DNA of 62,105 nt, filler included, from Sphacelaria rigidula (lineage: Eukaryota), in assembly GCA_964200075.2 (NCBI GenBank). It is 2 parts of 2 records of this genome, joined end to end, with 100 filler letters (N's around TTAATTAATTAA, not from the genome) between each part and the next. Parts side by side here need not be neighbours in the genome. Positions count along the whole stretch, not along the records: positions 31,112 to 62,105 come from CAXNAA020000054.1; 1 more part is not named here. One strand, written 5' to 3'. Below the pieces are notes generated by a model. It saw only the letters and a list, made by a program, of their open reading frames with translations. It searched no databases and had not been told where the DNA came from. Shown one piece after another: positions 60,961 to 62,105 of the stretch. Positions within the stretch are counted from its first letter, which is position 1, and every line of letters starts with the position of its first letter. Both the position numbers and the translations under genes were made by a program.

Positions 60961-61592
60961 GTCGCCCCGGTGGCTCAGTCGGTAACCTCGAAACCTCCTC
61001 ACGGTTGGGTCGTGGGTTCAAGTCTCGGATCGATCTGAGATTTTCCTCACACAATGCCCAACAGTTGAGAGCGACTATGCCGTGGGTACACAAAATTCCA
61101 AGGGTCGGACAAATAATGCTTCGTCTGGAAATTACTTGGTTTTAGTATAATAACGAGTCGGCTTGTGACGAGTCGATCCCTAGGCTTTATTTCAGCATTG
61201 CAACCCAGGTACACGCAGCCCAGACACGTGGAATGGCGCAAAGGTTGCGTGGATACCCCTTGGACCAGCGGTCAACTTTTTTGCTCCCTTTTGGGCAATC
61301 AAGACATCGTGAATTTGGTGATTTTGAGTCGTGATGATTTGTCCTAACCGTGAAAATTCCGACTTCACGGTCGACGAGGGAAGGAACTGCTGAGCTCCTC
61401 TCGCGATGAAAAATAAAAGGCAAGCACCGCAGAAGGAAGGTGGAGTACTTGAACAAATAGCAAAGAAAAACTCCTGTGTTAGTCTTCTTCTTGTGTGACC
61501 CCGGCTGATGCGCTCACAGACACCGAAAGGTGTCGGCTGGCGTCCAGAATAGATGGGATGACAACACACACACACACACACACACACACACA
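60961..61592 (+). mobile_element. tRNA-derived SINE with (CA)n tail
   Basis: Pol III A-box TGGCTCAGTCGG (60971-60982) and B-box GGTTCAAGTCT (61015-61025). No closing acceptor stem. Body is repeated at 50830-51062 and head at 41506. (CA)n at ~61563-61592. Confidence 0.75.
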
Positions 61593-62044
61593 TTCATGTG
61601 TCCTGCTCGTTTTGATTGATTCGATTGATTATCGCGCATAAACCGACCCCCCGAGGGATCCAGTTATGGTTAGTGGTCATCATCCACAAGATAGACGTAC
61701 GTAGGTAAGGTAAACAAAAACGGAAACACTCGCGTTTGTCACTGCAATTTTTGTCAGGACTATATATGTGTCTATCGCTTGCTGCATTATTGATCAAAGC
61801 TGATTCGCTGCAGGGCAAAGAATCTTGCTCTTGGCAAAGTAAGTAGCACTGCGCAGACGGACGATTGTAGGTATGCAATATCGAAGGTTTTATGACTACG
61901 GCATGCAAGATGATGAGTACACCCCCTCCTGGATGCGTCGTCAATGATCAAACGACTGAGGCAAACAACAAATGAGTAACCCCCCACCCTCTCTCTGCGA
62001 GGTCAATGGTCTTATGACTATGGCATGCATGATCATGAGCACCG

Positions 62045-62081
<37 letters not shown>

Positions 62082-62105
62082 ACAACCGCGCAACCCCGCG
62101 CCACC

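Noticed and set aside
60963-61035. tRNA gene
   Set aside because: A and B boxes are present, but there is no complementary acceptor stem or clean anticodon arm. It continues into a repeated body, so it was called a SINE.

Overview
Eukaryotic, intron-rich, repeat-rich genomic DNA of brown-algal/stramenopile type (inferred from GT-AG gene structure, bipartite plastid targeting and TE content). An artificial N44-TTAATTAATTAA-N44 spacer at 31012-31111 joins two contigs. The left contig (1-31011) carries 22 frame-compatible exons (8751 nt, about 2917 aa, open at both ends) of a giant IPT/TIG-repeat protein. One IPT domain is split by an insertion of about 1240 aa made of a run of six orphan 'EVQ'-type beta-strands plus ten ~100-130 aa repeats. 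Exactly six of those repeats lack their own first strand, which suggests a nested out-and-back stalk built by intramolecular strand complementation. The right contig holds a decayed RTE-type LINE, a foldback element, MITEs (two hAT-type with 8-bp TSDs) and tRNA-derived SINEs. It also has two head-to-head gene pairs: a UbiA-like prenyltransferase exon with an ankyrin+JmjC (HxH, JMJD8-like) gene, and LYRM5/ETFRF1 with a putative thylakoid-lumen protein. Exon models were built by eye from splice signals and reading-frame continuity; no database search was run.
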